From NCBI RefSeq assembly GCF_009914755.1, contig NC_060930.1: DNA of 64,000 nt; one strand, given 5' to 3'. How positions within the stretch are numbered: position 1 is the stretch's first letter; every line of letters begins with the position of its first letter. Position numbers and translations under genes: made by a program. This document shows, piece after piece, positions 1 through 13,434 of this stretch. Source of the DNA: the human T2T-CHM13v2.0 reference genome, Homo sapiens. The notes under the pieces were generated by a model. It was given only the letters and a program-made list of their open reading frames with translations, was not told the origin of the DNA and made no database searches.

Positions 1-600
1 ACCTTACCCTAGACACACAAGACTGTCTTAGCAAAACAAACAAGACTTTCAGTTGAAGATTAGATTTACATATGATGTGCAGACACAACAAAGAGAATTA
101 GCATTTAGAGAACAGTAGAAAGAACAATTTTAAAAGAGATTACTAAAAAGTGCATCAAAATGATTAGAGAGATCAAAGACAACAGAAACAATACTGAAAG
201 AAAACAACAGTATAAACAAAAACTGGCAAATTTGAAAAAGGGTCAACTAGAACTACTAGAAATGAAAAATATTGTCATTGAAATTAAAAATTCAATGGAA
301 GGACTAAATACCAAATGGACAGATTAAATAGCTAATCCCAGCTGTAGAGAATATTATTAGTGATCTGAGAGGATAGATTTTTTATTTATTTTTATTTTTA
401 TTTATTTATTTTTTTGAGACAGAGCCTCACTCTGTTGCCCAGGCTGGAGTGCACTGGCACACTGCAACCTCCACCTCCTGGGTTCAAGGGATTACAGGTA
501 TAAGCCACCGCGCCCGGCCTGGAGGATACATTTAAGAAAATCACCAAAAGGCAACAGACAAAAGAGATAAAAACAAACAAACAAATAAACATGAGAGATC
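1..600 (+). mobile_element. Old L1M ORF1-region fragment, interrupted by an Alu remnant
   Basis: A-rich sequence with ctagaaatgaaaaatattgtcattgaaattaaaaattcaatggaagg, typical of the L1 ORF1 coiled-coil region. Confidence 0.6.
378..519 (-). mobile_element. Internally deleted Alu
   Basis: Poly-T tail and 3' right arm joined directly to the Alu 5' end (ggttcaag|ggattacagg...cgcccggcc). Approximate TSD gaggata(g/c)attt. Confidence 0.85.
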
Positions 601-852
601 AAATCCCATCAAGCCGAATTCTGCAAGCTGAATATTTTTCCATAAGATAGGTATAAATCATGAAATGATATACTATGTTTACTCTTCAAGGGTTATTTTT
701 ATTTTTAAAAAATGTCTATTATTCCAAATGACTAGATCTTTAGTGGTAAAATTTTAGAGAAAATAAAATAAATTCCCCAATCCATTTAAATTGTACGCCA
801 TCTTAGATGGTATTCACTTAATGAACCTCATTGTAAGATCTGTTTTAGATAA

Positions 853-1176
<324 letters not shown>

Positions 1177-1562
1177 TGATAATGACATGTCTTAACTTGG
1201 TAAATGGGAAAGACAGAGGGTTGTTGTTTTAATTAACTCTTGTGTTTCTAATATCCACATACGAGCTTCCTCTTGTTTTGCTTCATGAAGCATATATAAC
1301 TAAGTAAAGAAGAACTGTTGTGAAATGAGTCCCATTTTCTCACTACTTTTCATTGTAAAATCAGAAGTATATACCCACAGAAAAAGGTAACCCCAAAAGA
1401 GATGAAAACATCCTGTAAAGCAGTTTGCTAAGACTCAGGCTGGTCTTAACATATATAAAGGGAGACAACTACTGCTATGTTTTGAGGAATCCCCAAAGAC
1501 CACATGAAAATATCTCCAGCCAGTACCCACCACTTGGAATTCCAGTAAAGTTATCCAATCAA

Positions 1563-1692
1563 AGGACTGCTTGAGCCCAGGAGTTTGAGGCTGCAGTGTA
1601 GCGGTTAAGGTAGTTTGATTTAAGCATCTGGGGACTGAGCTATGATCATGCTACTGCACTTCAGCCTCAGTGATAGAGCAAGACCTTGTTTT
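1563..1692 (+). mobile_element. AluJ/FRAM 3' fragment with ~39-bp non-Alu insertion
   Basis: gcttgagcccaggagtttgaggctgcagtg [insert] agctatgatcatgctactgcac...; followed by TA-rich repeat at 1698-1738. Confidence 0.75.
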
Positions 1693-2181
1693 CTTGGATA
1701 TATATATACATATTTAACTATTTATATATATATATATAAAATCACAGCAAATACCCATAACTTGGGGGAAGAATTAATTAAAAGACATTATTATTTGGAA
1801 CTTAGTGCAACTGAACTTACTGTAGGCTTTTCAACATGTAATTGTATTGGGAGGGTAAGGAACAAGAAATGGTTTGAGGGCCCTAGTCATCTAGAGATGG
1901 AGTACACTGAAGATAGGGTAGGCTAAGAAGGGAAGAACATATTGAGAATAAGAAATACTCCAAACAAACTTTCTGAATAAAACACCATTCAGTCACTCAC
2001 AGATATATGCCGAGCTCCTTTCAATTCAAATAAGGATTGGTTATATATCTTTATCACGCACATGAAGAAACGTTGAAAGGGGGGCAGTTTGGAATATGGG
2101 TATAGCAACAGAGTATGGAGGCAGAGCACTATATTTTGAAACTATGTTTCTTCATAGCTGTGTACTCTTAAAAATGTTCTT

Positions 2182-2501
<320 letters not shown>

Positions 2502-2659
2502 CTAACGTTCTTTAACTGCTCTTCAGCTCAGTTTCTGCATCTGTAGATTGGAATAAAATACCTAAAATTGTTGTGGGCATTAAATGAAAATATGCTGTGA
2601 AGTTCTTAGTAGACAGCCACCAACAAATGTAGCCACCATTATTACCACAGGACACCATA

Positions 2660-2895
2660 CGGTGCAGTGCGGGGGAGCAGTTGTTTCAAACACTAACTTC
2701 TTCACTTACCAGATCTAGACCTTCACATACAAGTTACATGGTCTGAACCTCTTCAAGCCCCGATTCCTTGTCTGTAAAACTGAGATAGTAGCTGCTTCAT
2801 GGCACTGTTAAGAAAATTAAATTATACAACATGCACAAAGAACTCAATATACTGCCTGGCACACAGGATGTCCTTAATCAGTGGTAGTATTAGTA
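2660..2895 (+). mobile_element. MIR
   Basis: ttccttgtctgtaaaactgagata...tgcctggcacacag. Confidence 0.65.
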
Positions 2896-5800
2896 TTGGT
2901 AGTATTAGTATTAGTATCATTAGTATCATTTTGTGGCACAATTTCCTGAAGACCAGTTTTGCTGGCAGGATATACGTGGTTAAGCAAAGGTAAGACCTTT
3001 GGAATAGTAAGATACTAAGAGGCGAATTTAATTTGTAATTCCCTCGAGGGCAGAAACATCTGTTTACTACATGCCACGTACTCCACCTGTTAATTGATGA
3101 CTTACCCAGATGAAAAAATGCACTGACCTACCTCATATAAAACATACAACAAATAAAAATGACTATAAACATTTTCAAAATATTAACTCCTGCATAAATA
3201 TTAAATTAAAAATGGAGCTCAATAGGGAATCACTAATAAGATGTTTGAAAATATAAAGCATCTGTTTTCACATTATGCCAATTAACCTAATGCCTTTATT
3301 CCTTTAAAACCATAACTACCAATTACCAATGCCCCATCCATCCATCCAGTGAGCAGCTTTAGTTTCTTTTTTGCATTTAATAATTTTAGGTATTTGTTTT
3401 CTAAATGAAATACCAAGTGTCAGGTGACCATAATTTCCAAGGTTCCTTCTACTTTGATTTCTGTTATTCTTATTTAATATATAAAAACTCTTAAAAATAA
3501 GCCGCTCATTCTAAAGTGACTCACTTAATACCTGATGACTCCCTAAACAAAGGAATTAGCAGAGTGAAAGGCTCTGCTTTATAATTCTATTTTAAAAGTT
3601 AATGTGAGCTGATTGTTTTTAATACTTCCATAATTAAAAATATACTACAATCATAGCTCTGTGGAGATGGGTTTGACTTGCTGAAACCCATTTAACTAGT
3701 ATTAATTGCTAAAATTCTATTTGGGAATCTGATAGTTTGAGTCCCATGTAAGAAGACAAGTCTCTATTCACTGATACCTTTTTAAAATTCAATTGAAAAA
3801 TTCAATACACTTTCTCTTCTAACATTTTAAAATAGCAAAGCCCCAGCTTTGCTCACAGCTGTGCTGCTATGATATACAGTAATGTAGCTTTTGATAATTT
3901 CAGAAGTTTCAAGATAAGGCAGCGATGCATTGGTTGCACAAAACGCCTATATTTAGGTTTCTATCTCCTTATACTCTTATGTGTATTTTATCTAAGCCTA
4001 ATCCAACCGACAGTGTTAAATTAAAAAATAAAAACATTAAGAGATGGGGAGTAAAGACAGATTTAGTTGTAATCATTGTGAATTATTTTGAAAACCACAT
4101 CTCCTAACAGCATTTCTCAGGAATATCATACCCTCAGCACTGTGTTTGGGGATAGTAGATCCTCTACAAAGCCTTGTCGAGTGAGTGTGGTCCCTCCCTG
4201 ACTCCATTCCTCTTTATAATAGCCATATTGAAGAAGCAATATTATTTGAGTTGTAAATTTAAAGTTAAAGCTTTTCTTCACTGTTTCAGAAGGGAATCAC
4301 TGATTGTAGTCTAATAGAATGAAATATATTGCTCACTTTAAGAATGGCTGCCAGGTAGCAATGACTGAACATAGTAATGGACTCATCAATTAGGCACTGA
4401 GGAGAGCAGTATGAGCTTTCAGCACAATTGCAATTTGAGAGGTTTAATTAGTAGGCTCAAGTCCTTTTTGATTTTTTACCCGGGTCCCGGCAGCCTCCCT
4501 CCCCCATCCTCTGATCCTTCTCATCATCTCTCACTGGACTGAGTCAGAGGTAGGCAGTGAGTGGTAGAAGACAATTGGCAAGAGCCTCCAGGCAAGTTGG
4601 AATCTATCAAACCAGAGGTGAGTACAAATCGGTAACCTAAAAGCACCAGGCTAAAATCACATGTCAACACCAGGTTGCAGGGCCAAAGGAGAAGAGAATG
4701 GGGCCAAAAATAAGCAGAAGGTGGCCTGGGTGCTCCGCCTGTCATAGGCTCTCATCTGTGGCCAGTAATCACGGCTGGCTAAAACAGAGCACTAGGGTGG
4801 GCCTGCTGTGCTTAAACGACAAGGATCCTACAGAGGTAAAAATGTTGCAAATGTTATACACTTCTTCCTTATGGCAATGAAAAATATGTTCTGAACATAC
4901 ATATATTCTAAGCATTCAATTTCTAAAAGCATGTTGTCCCTTCTAGTGCTATAAGGCAAAAGTTACTGACGGTAACATTATAAGATACACAATCTGCATG
5001 CACAAATATATTTATAAAATATGTGAACAATTCTAAAAGACAGACTGCTTTAGAAGAACAGAAATAATACAAATTATTCTGCAAAGTGTCATTTTCCAAC
5101 TTATATCCTAATCCTTACACCTACCCTATTAATTCAAGAAAAAAAAAACAGAAAATATAAATCATACCCCTAAAGCACTCCTACACCAGGCACCAAAATT
5201 ACATAGCATGATGATGCAAAATTATGGCACTTTCAAACAGCATTTGAGAGTGTGTCACAAGCGATGAAAAATGTAATTTATTTCTACTGACAGATATTAA
5301 TTGCTCTGTGTTAGAAAATTTTTGAACCATTACTGATAAGCAAAAATGGTAACATAAACGCCTTGAAAACAACTGCAAGGAAAGAGGTATAGTCTAATCA
5401 TAAAACCTCCCATAGCATAAGGAAAGGCAATTTCTCAAACAGGACATCTATTATTAAAATTTGTAAATTGTTGCTATGACACAGTAGGAAGAAGCTTAGA
5501 TGTGAAGTCGCTTCCAGCAGGTCTAAAGTGTTATTAATCTCCAATAGCACTGGCTAATTGGAGTTTAGAATTCTCTCCTGTTTCCTAGCAAATCGCCTTG
5601 GTTGAGGCAAAACTGGACAGTTTCAGGGAAACCTTCAAAACAGGAGGATACATGAAGAATAGCTTACTCCTTTAAAAGTGAACCCCAAATGGCGCAAATG
5701 AATTTCACTTGCGGTTTGAGAGCTTGCTGTGCTTTTCCTTATTAGTGCCATTATTATTGTTAATCGATTTTGGTCTGTTACTTTAGAGATTATAAGTTTG

Positions 5801-6099
5801 GACAGCAATGTTAGGTTACCTTGGCTTCCACAGCTGGTATGGCTAGCCCTAATTCCTCACAAACCTCCTGAAATTCTGCTATCTCAGAGAGAACTCTGCG
5901 GGAGCCCTTCCATACACCATCTTGACACCTCCTGACACCTGTGCTCTTTTCAGTTGCAAAGTCTGCCTAAGCTAAATCTCACCTCTGCACCATGGCTTCA
6001 GCTCTCTGGTCTTGAGCACATTCTGACACCTGTGTCTGAATTCTGCTCTGCCTCCCTGTGTCTCTATTTCTATCCACAGCACTGTTGGTCTCTTAAAAA

Positions 6100-6790
6100 C
6101 CTAGGATGGATTTCTTAAGCATTATAAGTAAATCAACTCCCTTCTCCTGATTCTGTATGCATCTGTTATCTTTCTATGCACATTATAATCTCAAATCACA
6201 TAATTTTTCCAGGATTTTACTGGACTCTTTCCAATTATATTCTGTATACAACCATCAGATAATTTTCCCAAAAATGTTACATTCACCACATCAAATCCCT
6301 GTGCACATATTCATCATCTCCAATGCCTTGCCTCTGTAGCTGCAGAATGCTGTCTAAATGTAATAGCTTGGCATTTAAGGCTCCTTATGACCTAGTCCCA
6401 GCCTACCTCTATGGACCAGGCCACTACAGCTTTGCACACTAACATCGTCCTCTCCAGCCAAAGTAATTTATGAAATACAAACACAAAGTAGTTAAGCTTT
6501 CCTGCCTCTGGATTTTTATTCTGGCAAATTCCCTATTTCCCATCTTTTGATTTCAGACCAAATACCAAGTTCCCTACAAAGCCATTCCAGCCCATAGTGA
6601 CTGTCCCTTCTTCTACCCTACAACACACATATAGTTCATATTATATACTTCCTTGTACTACTGTTAAATCTGTATATTTAACTATACTATAATTTCCAGC
6701 CAGATCACAAGCCCCTTGAGTGAACAATGTCAGGAATTTCTAAAGTCCCACAACATGTGCTAATGAATGCCTGCTGATGGAGCTGATTGG
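6100..6790 (+). mobile_element. L2 3' fragment
   Basis: agcttggcatttaaggctccttatgacctagtcccagcctacctct resembles the L2 consensus. Confidence 0.55.
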
Positions 6791-7074
6791 CTCCTTTAAC
6801 AAATAAGGTCTAAAGGACACAAAGACCATGCTGACCTGCTGAGCAAAGCCACAGAACAAAAGGGAAAAAGGGCGATGATTGAAACCAGAATTTTAAGGGG
6901 AAGACAGCCAAATGAAATCATGTGAAAACATGTATGGATCAAAAAGATGCTAGATCAAAAGAGGAAGCTCTGGTAAAAGCAAGCAAGAGGGCAAAGAGAT
7001 TTAATGAGCAAGAAAGTAGAAAGAGAATGGTGAGGGGAGGATGAGCCTAGAGCCATCTCAAAGCCAAAGTACAA

Positions 7075-10000
7075 AATCAAAGAAATCTGACCTAATTGAC
7101 AAATACACTGACACAGCACTCAGCAGTGATAACACAAAAACATTCTTCAAGTACCTCTGGAATTGTTACCAAATTTCACCCTATGCTGAGCCATAATGCA
7201 AGTCTCAACAATACAAAGAGACTAAAATTATTTATGTTCACTCACCACAGTGGAATTAAGCTAGAAATCAACAACAAAAGGAACACCAGAAAATGTCAAA
7301 CTGTTTTGAAATTAAGTAAGGCCATTCTAAATAACCCGGGGTCAAAGAAAAAAATGACATGGGAAATTTCAAAACATTTTACATAAATAATGAAAATAAG
7401 ACAAATCAAAACATGTTGGATGCAGCTAAAGCTGTGATAAGAGGGAAATTCGTGGGCTTAAATATAATATTAGGAAAAAAACAAGGGCTAAAAATTGATG
7501 CTCTATCCATTTCCAGAAGATAGAAAAAGAGTAAGTTAAACTCAAAGAAAGCTGAAGAAAGGAAATAAATATAAGGGTAGAGATTAAATGAAAAATAAAA
7601 CGAATGTACAATAGAGAAAAATCTAAGTCAAAAGCTAAACTAATTATAAAAAAAGAAAGCATAAAATACTAATGTGAGAATAAAAATAGTACATTATTAT
7701 AGATCCTACAGGCATTTTCTTTTAAAAGAAGATATAAGGAATACCTTTACACAAATAAATTTTAAAATTTAAGTGAAATGAACTTTACCAACATAATGTA
7801 TCAAAACTGATGCTGGAAAAAATGTAAATACAGTCATGGATCACTTAACAGGGATCTGATCTGAGAAATGCATTGTTAGGCAACTTCATTGTTGTGTCAA
7901 TATCACTGAGTGCACTTACACAAACTTAGAAGGAATAGCCTATTACACACCTAGGGTGTGTGCTATAGCCTATTGCTCCTACACTACAAACCTATACAGC
8001 ATGCTACTATACTGAGTACTGTAGGCAACTATAACACAATGGTAACTACTTGTGCTTCTAAACATAGAAAAAGTACAGTAAAAAAAAATGGTATAAAAGA
8101 TTTAAAATGGTTATCTATATAGAGCATTTACCATGAATGGAGCTTGCAGGACTAGAAGTTGCTCTGGGTGAGTCAGTGAGTCAGTGGTGAGTGAAGGTGA
8201 AGTCCTAGGACATTACTGTAGACTTTATAAATGCTGTATACTTAGGCTACACTAAATTTATTAAAATCACTTGTTTCTTCAATCATAAATTAACCTCAGC
8301 TTACTGTAACTTTATATTAAAACTTTTTAATTTTTTAACTTGACTCTTTCATAACAAAGCACAAACACATTGTACAGCTGTACAAAAATCTTTTCTTTAT
8401 ATTCCTATTCTATAAGCTTTTTCTATTTAAGTTTTGTTTAATTTTTAAACCTTTTCGTTAAAAACTAAGACACAAACACACACATTAGCCGAGGCCTACA
8501 CAAGGGCTGGATCATCAACATCACTGTCCCAGTGGAAGGTCTTCAGAGGCAATAATGCAACTGGAGCTATCATCTCCTATGATAATAATGCCCTCTTTTG
8601 GATACCTCCTGAAACACCTACCTGAGACTGTTCTACCTATAACTTTTATAAGTAGGAATACAGTCTAAAATAACAATAAAAATATAGCATAGTAAATAAA
8701 CAAGTAATAGAGTTATCTATTATAATTTTCAAGTATTAGGTACTATTCTTAATTATTTGTGCTTTTATATGACTGGCAGCACAATAAATTTGTTTATTGT
8801 TTATACAATCACCACAAACACATGACTAATGACTAATGCATTGTGCTATGACATTATGATGGCTACAACATCACTAGGCCATAGAAATTTTTCATCTCCA
8901 TTGTAATCTTATTGGGCCACTGTCATATATGTGATCATTAACCAAAAGATTGTTATGTAGCACATGGCTGCATAGTACATCCCAAACTTAACAATGATTT
9001 TATTTATAATTTTTTTACAATGAAGTGAAAGTGACAGGCATTCAGTGCACTCCTCAACTTGATAGGCTAAGTCAGACCTGAAATTAAAACCATCACGTAA
9101 CAAAAACTCCAGGTCTAAATGGCTACATCAGTCAGATATCAAAAAAATAAAATATCACAGCCAATTTATTCCAGAAATGCAAGGTTAGTTTGATATCCCA
9201 AAAATCAATGTAATTCATACTATAAAAAAAAATCATTTTGACAGATACAGAAAGGGCATTAATACTCAATATTTTAAAGATTGATCTATAGATTTAATTC
9301 AGTCCCAATCATAATCCCAGCAAGTGTTTTGGAGGAAATTGGGAAATTAGGAAGTTGATTCTAAAATGTATATGAAATAAAAAGGACCAGAATAAAGAAA
9401 GAAATCTTAAAGAAGAACTGAATATGCTGAAGGATTTATACCACCTGGTATCAAGACATAAGGATGATAAAGCTAAAATAATTAAGGCAGTGCAGCACAA
9501 AGATAGACAACAGACCAAGGGAAAGGTATAGAGAGAACAGAAACTGATTCACATATACATAAATATCTAAGTTAAGACGAAGGTGACACCACAATGCAGA
9601 GGGAGTATTGTGGCATTTTCAACAAATTGTACAGCATCAACTAGATATTCACATGGAGAAAAACTAATCTTGACTTCACACCATGCATAAAAACCAATTC
9701 CAGACAGATTGTAACTTTAACAGCAGAAGGTAAAATAAGTTTATATCCAAGTCATAGCACTGAAAAAAAAAAAGGAAAACAAGCTTCCAGAAGAAAACAT
9801 AGGAAAAACATTAATCCTAAAGGAAAAGTTAATAAATTATACTTTGTTAAGATTAAAGACTTCTGTCCTACACAAAAAAGTCATTCAGAAAGTGATGACA
9901 AGCCACAGAATGGAAAAAGATATTTTTGATACATATATTCAATAAAGGAATCACAAATAAAGAACTCTTACAAATCAATATGAAAAAGGCAAACAATACA

Positions 10001-10790
10001 ACAGAAAAATGGACATGAGACTTGAATAGGAGCTTTACTAAAAAGCACCTCGGAATGGCCAAAAGATACATGAAAAAGTATTCAAATTCTCATTATTCAT
10101 CAGGAAATGGAAATTAAAACCACAGTGAGATGCCACTACTCATCTGCTAGAATGAGTATTGGTGAGGCTGTACAGCAACTTGAATTTTCATACATGGCTT
10201 TCAGGAGTGTGAACTAGTATGACCTCTTTGGAACAGTGTTTGTCAGTATCTACTGAAGATGAAATATGCAAATCATGTGGCCCAGCAATTCAACAGAAAT
10301 ACACATGCTGACTAGAGGAAAATCGAAAGAACATTTATAATAGCACTACTCAATCAAGCCCCAAACTGGAAACAAGACAAAACTCCATCAACTGGGGACT
10401 GCACAAAGTAGGATACAGTCATACATGGAATCCCATGCTGCTATATAAGAATAACAAACTATTGTTATGGTCAACAAAATAGAAGAATAACTTCCAGTAA
10501 AAGAAACCAAGCATAAAAGGTTACAACATAGTATGTGGTTTTATTTTTAAAAGTTTAAAACAAGAAAAACTAGTTTATGAAGATAGAAGTCAGAATCAAG
10601 GTTTTCTTCCTGGGGTGATATCTAGACTAAAGATGCAGAGGGAGGGGCTTCTCAGATGCTGGACATGTTTTTTTTTTTTTTTATCTGACTGTTGATTACA
10701 TTAGGTCTATTTCATCTGTGGACATTCATAAAAATACTTATGATTTAAGCACTCTTTTGTATGTACATTATATATCAACAAAAAGCTCAT
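7075..10790 (+). mobile_element. Degraded L1M (L1ME/MC-type) ORF2 and 3'UTR, split by Tigger3
   Basis: ORF 7096..7386 has endonuclease-domain similarity (HSGIKLEINNKR). C-terminal ORF2 and 3'UTR motifs occur at 9300-10780. Confidence 0.8.
7831..8970. mobile_element. Tigger3b/MER7-type TcMar DNA transposon (~1.14 kb)
   Basis: ta|cagtcatg...catggctg termini. Internal tctgagaaatgcattgttagg and gagtgcacttacacaaac. Confidence 0.85.
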
Positions 10791-11669
10791 TTTTATGTTA
10801 TTTTCTTAAAATTTTTAATTTTTCTAATTTTATTCTTTACAGAGGTAGTCAAGTTAAAAAGCTTATTTTTTAAATGTGCCCCTGTTGCATGTGTGTGTGT
10901 CCGTGTAAACAGCTGGATGCTCAGATGAGAAGACTCTCCAAATGCTGGGTATTTCTGCTAGTTGGAGCCAAACAGAATACAGCACATGAAAAAAATAAAC
11001 ATGTAAAAGAAACATTCATCAGAAAGCTAACAATTGTCCCTTTATAAAAACGTGTTTGGGAGGCCACTATTTAAAGTTATGCCCCATCATATAATGTGAG
11101 AAATTAGAAATGTAAATAACCTTTAGTCCAAAGTGGCTTTTAAATCCTCTAATAATGGAAAATCCGATATCATGTAGACAGCACTACACCAAGAATAATT
11201 TTACATTATAAATTGAGGAAAATTCATCAACTCAGTTTGCTTTTAATAGCTTCCATTTTTTACTGGCATCTTCCTAAGGCTGTTATCTTGGCAGCACAGT
11301 GCACCAGTTCTGGGGCCACTCAACCACGTTGACTTTTTAATAAAATTATAACAAGATTAATTTTTCAGTTTTCTCTACACAGAGCCATATATTGCACCTA
11401 AGCTCTAATATTGATTTCTTAAGTCAAATAAATGGTCTTTTCTCTAACCTATTACTTCTCCTTGCATTTAAATAAAATGCCTCTGCTTACATAGATATAT
11501 ATCTACTTTGCCTCAACATTGTGGCAGAGGCCTTGTTAATCTCTGTGCCACTGGAAAATACTTGATTAGCAAATCTGATTTAATCAAGTTAACCTTAAGA
11601 AATATCATCATAAATAACTGGAATGCCTAACCTTCAAATAAAAACATGGCAAAAAGTACACAATGTGTG

Positions 11670-12440
11670 AAAAAATTCAGTCATTCTCTCATCAAGCTCT
11701 TCAGAGAGCTTTGTGTTATAAACCAAGCCAGATGATGGGCTCACAAAGATGAAAAAGACAATAATAAGCAGGAGTCCTGGCTCTCAAAGAGTTCACGCAC
11801 CAGTGGAGAGAAAGGGCATGAAAACAACCTGTTCAATTACAACACCTGCTGTTGTAATACACCTGCTGTAAAGTTGTGTCCCACTAGGAGGCAGAGCAAA
11901 GAAAAAGCTCAACTCTGGGAGTCTCAGAACAGATCTTATAGAAGAGATGATGCCACTGTTAGTCTTAAAGAGAATAAAGTTATGGGTATTCTAGACAGCT
12001 GCAAAGAGACATACAAAAGACACGCGATCGAGAAACTCTAAAATGTTTTATATGTAGGGAGGCTTGTGGAAGACGCCTGAAGTTGGGGAAAAAAAAAAAA
12101 GGCCATGAAAGTGACAAGCTTCTAAAGAAATTTCATCAGAAAAGTTTTGTGTTTTTAGAGCACTCTGGCAGAGCTGTGATGTACAGATAGGGAGGGAGCT
12201 TGGAGACCATCTGGAAAAAAGGCTGCAGTAGTCTGCATTAAAAATAAGGAGCTTAAATCAAGGATGGTCAGGAAGGACCAGATTCAAGAGACTCTGAGAA
12301 AGTAGAATCAATGAAAATTAGCTCTGATTGAGTGTGAAGAATGAGGCATGGAAAAATCTAGGATGACTCTAAAGTTAACTGGATTAAAGTGGTGTAAGAG
12401 GAGACACGGAGGGGATTAGAAAGGAATCAGGCATGGACTG
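11670..12440 (-). mobile_element. L2 fragment (resumes at ~13500-13730)
   Basis: gtcctggctctcaaagagttcac and ggatgactctaaag are antisense L2 motifs. Confidence 0.6.
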
Positions 12441-12457
12441 CTAACCTCCTGAAGTAG

Positions 12458-12976
12458 TGTGTTCAGAGTGGGTTCCTTCGGGTGGGTTCGTGGTCTCGCT
12501 GACTTCAAAAATGACGCCACTGACCTTCACAGTGAGTATTACAGCTCCTAAAGGTGGTGCGGACCCAAAGAGGGAGCAGCAGCAAGATTTATTGTGAAGA
12601 GCAAAAGAAAAACCCTTCCACAGCGTGCAAGTGGACCCAAGTGGGTTGCTGCTGCTGGCTGGGGGCGGGGGGTGGCCAGCTTTTATTCCCTTATTTGTCC
12701 CCGCCCACATCCTGCTGATTGATCCATTTTACAGAGCACTGATTGGTCCACTTTACAAACATCTAGCTAGCCACAGAGAGCTGATTGGTGCACTTTTACA
12801 GAGTGCTAATTGGCGCATTTTACAAACCTCTGGCTAGCCACAGAGCACTGATTGGTGCATTTTACAATCCTAGCTACAGAGTGCTGCTGATTGGTGCATT
12901 TTGCAATCCTCTTGTAAGACAGAAAAGTTCTCCAAGTCCCCACCCGACCCAGAAGTCCAGCTGGCTTCACCTCTCC
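12458..12976 (-). mobile_element. Solo LTR12 (ERV9; LTR12F-like, 519 bp), same orientation as DCDC2
   Basis: Minus strand starts GAGAGGTGAAGCCAGCTGGACTTCTGGG. Five CCAAT boxes, a GC box, ATAAAA and AATAAA. 4-bp TSD GTAG at 12454-12457 and 12977-12980. Confidence 0.92.
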
Positions 12977-13000
12977 GTAGCACCACAATATGGAAACTAC

Positions 13001-13434
13001 TGTCAACAAATGTGAACCTCAGAGAGCCAATCCTTCAAGTTGAATCCTGAGTCACTCACTGGGTCTAAATTTAAAATAGAGCCAAGTAGCCCTTTGCTGA
13101 CTAGAGGTCACACACATAACTCTGAGCCCTCAGAAAATCCACATTTCTGTTCAACTTTGGGACTCTCAGAGTCACTTGAACCAACCAATCAGAGCTCACC
13201 TGCCTCAACCAATCAGGGCTCAGCTGTACCAATCAATAGGAGCTAAGCAAGTTTGAATCCTTCATTTGCATAAATGAACCTGGGCAGGAACTTGTGCTAT
13301 AAAACCTGAACCCTCCCTTTGTTCTCTAGAACACATCTTCATTGTGCACTAAAGGCTGCAATCTCCTTGGTTTGCAAACTGTTCACAGGAATAGTCTTTC
13401 CTCGAAATTCCTTTTCAGAGAACTTTTGTTCATA
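13001..13434 (+). mobile_element. Solo ERV1-class LTR (LTR15-like, family tentative)
   Basis: Inverted termini tgtcaacaaa...tttgttcata. TSD ctac/ctat. Four CCAAT boxes, octamer ATTTGCAT at 13264, TATAAAA at 13298. Confidence 0.75.

Noticed and set aside
12710-12910. Periodic ~30-45-bp repeats (ctgattggtgcattttaca) resembling a CRISPR-like array
   Set aside because: These are the normal tandem CCAAT enhancer repeats of LTR12 U3, with no unique spacers, in a eukaryotic context.
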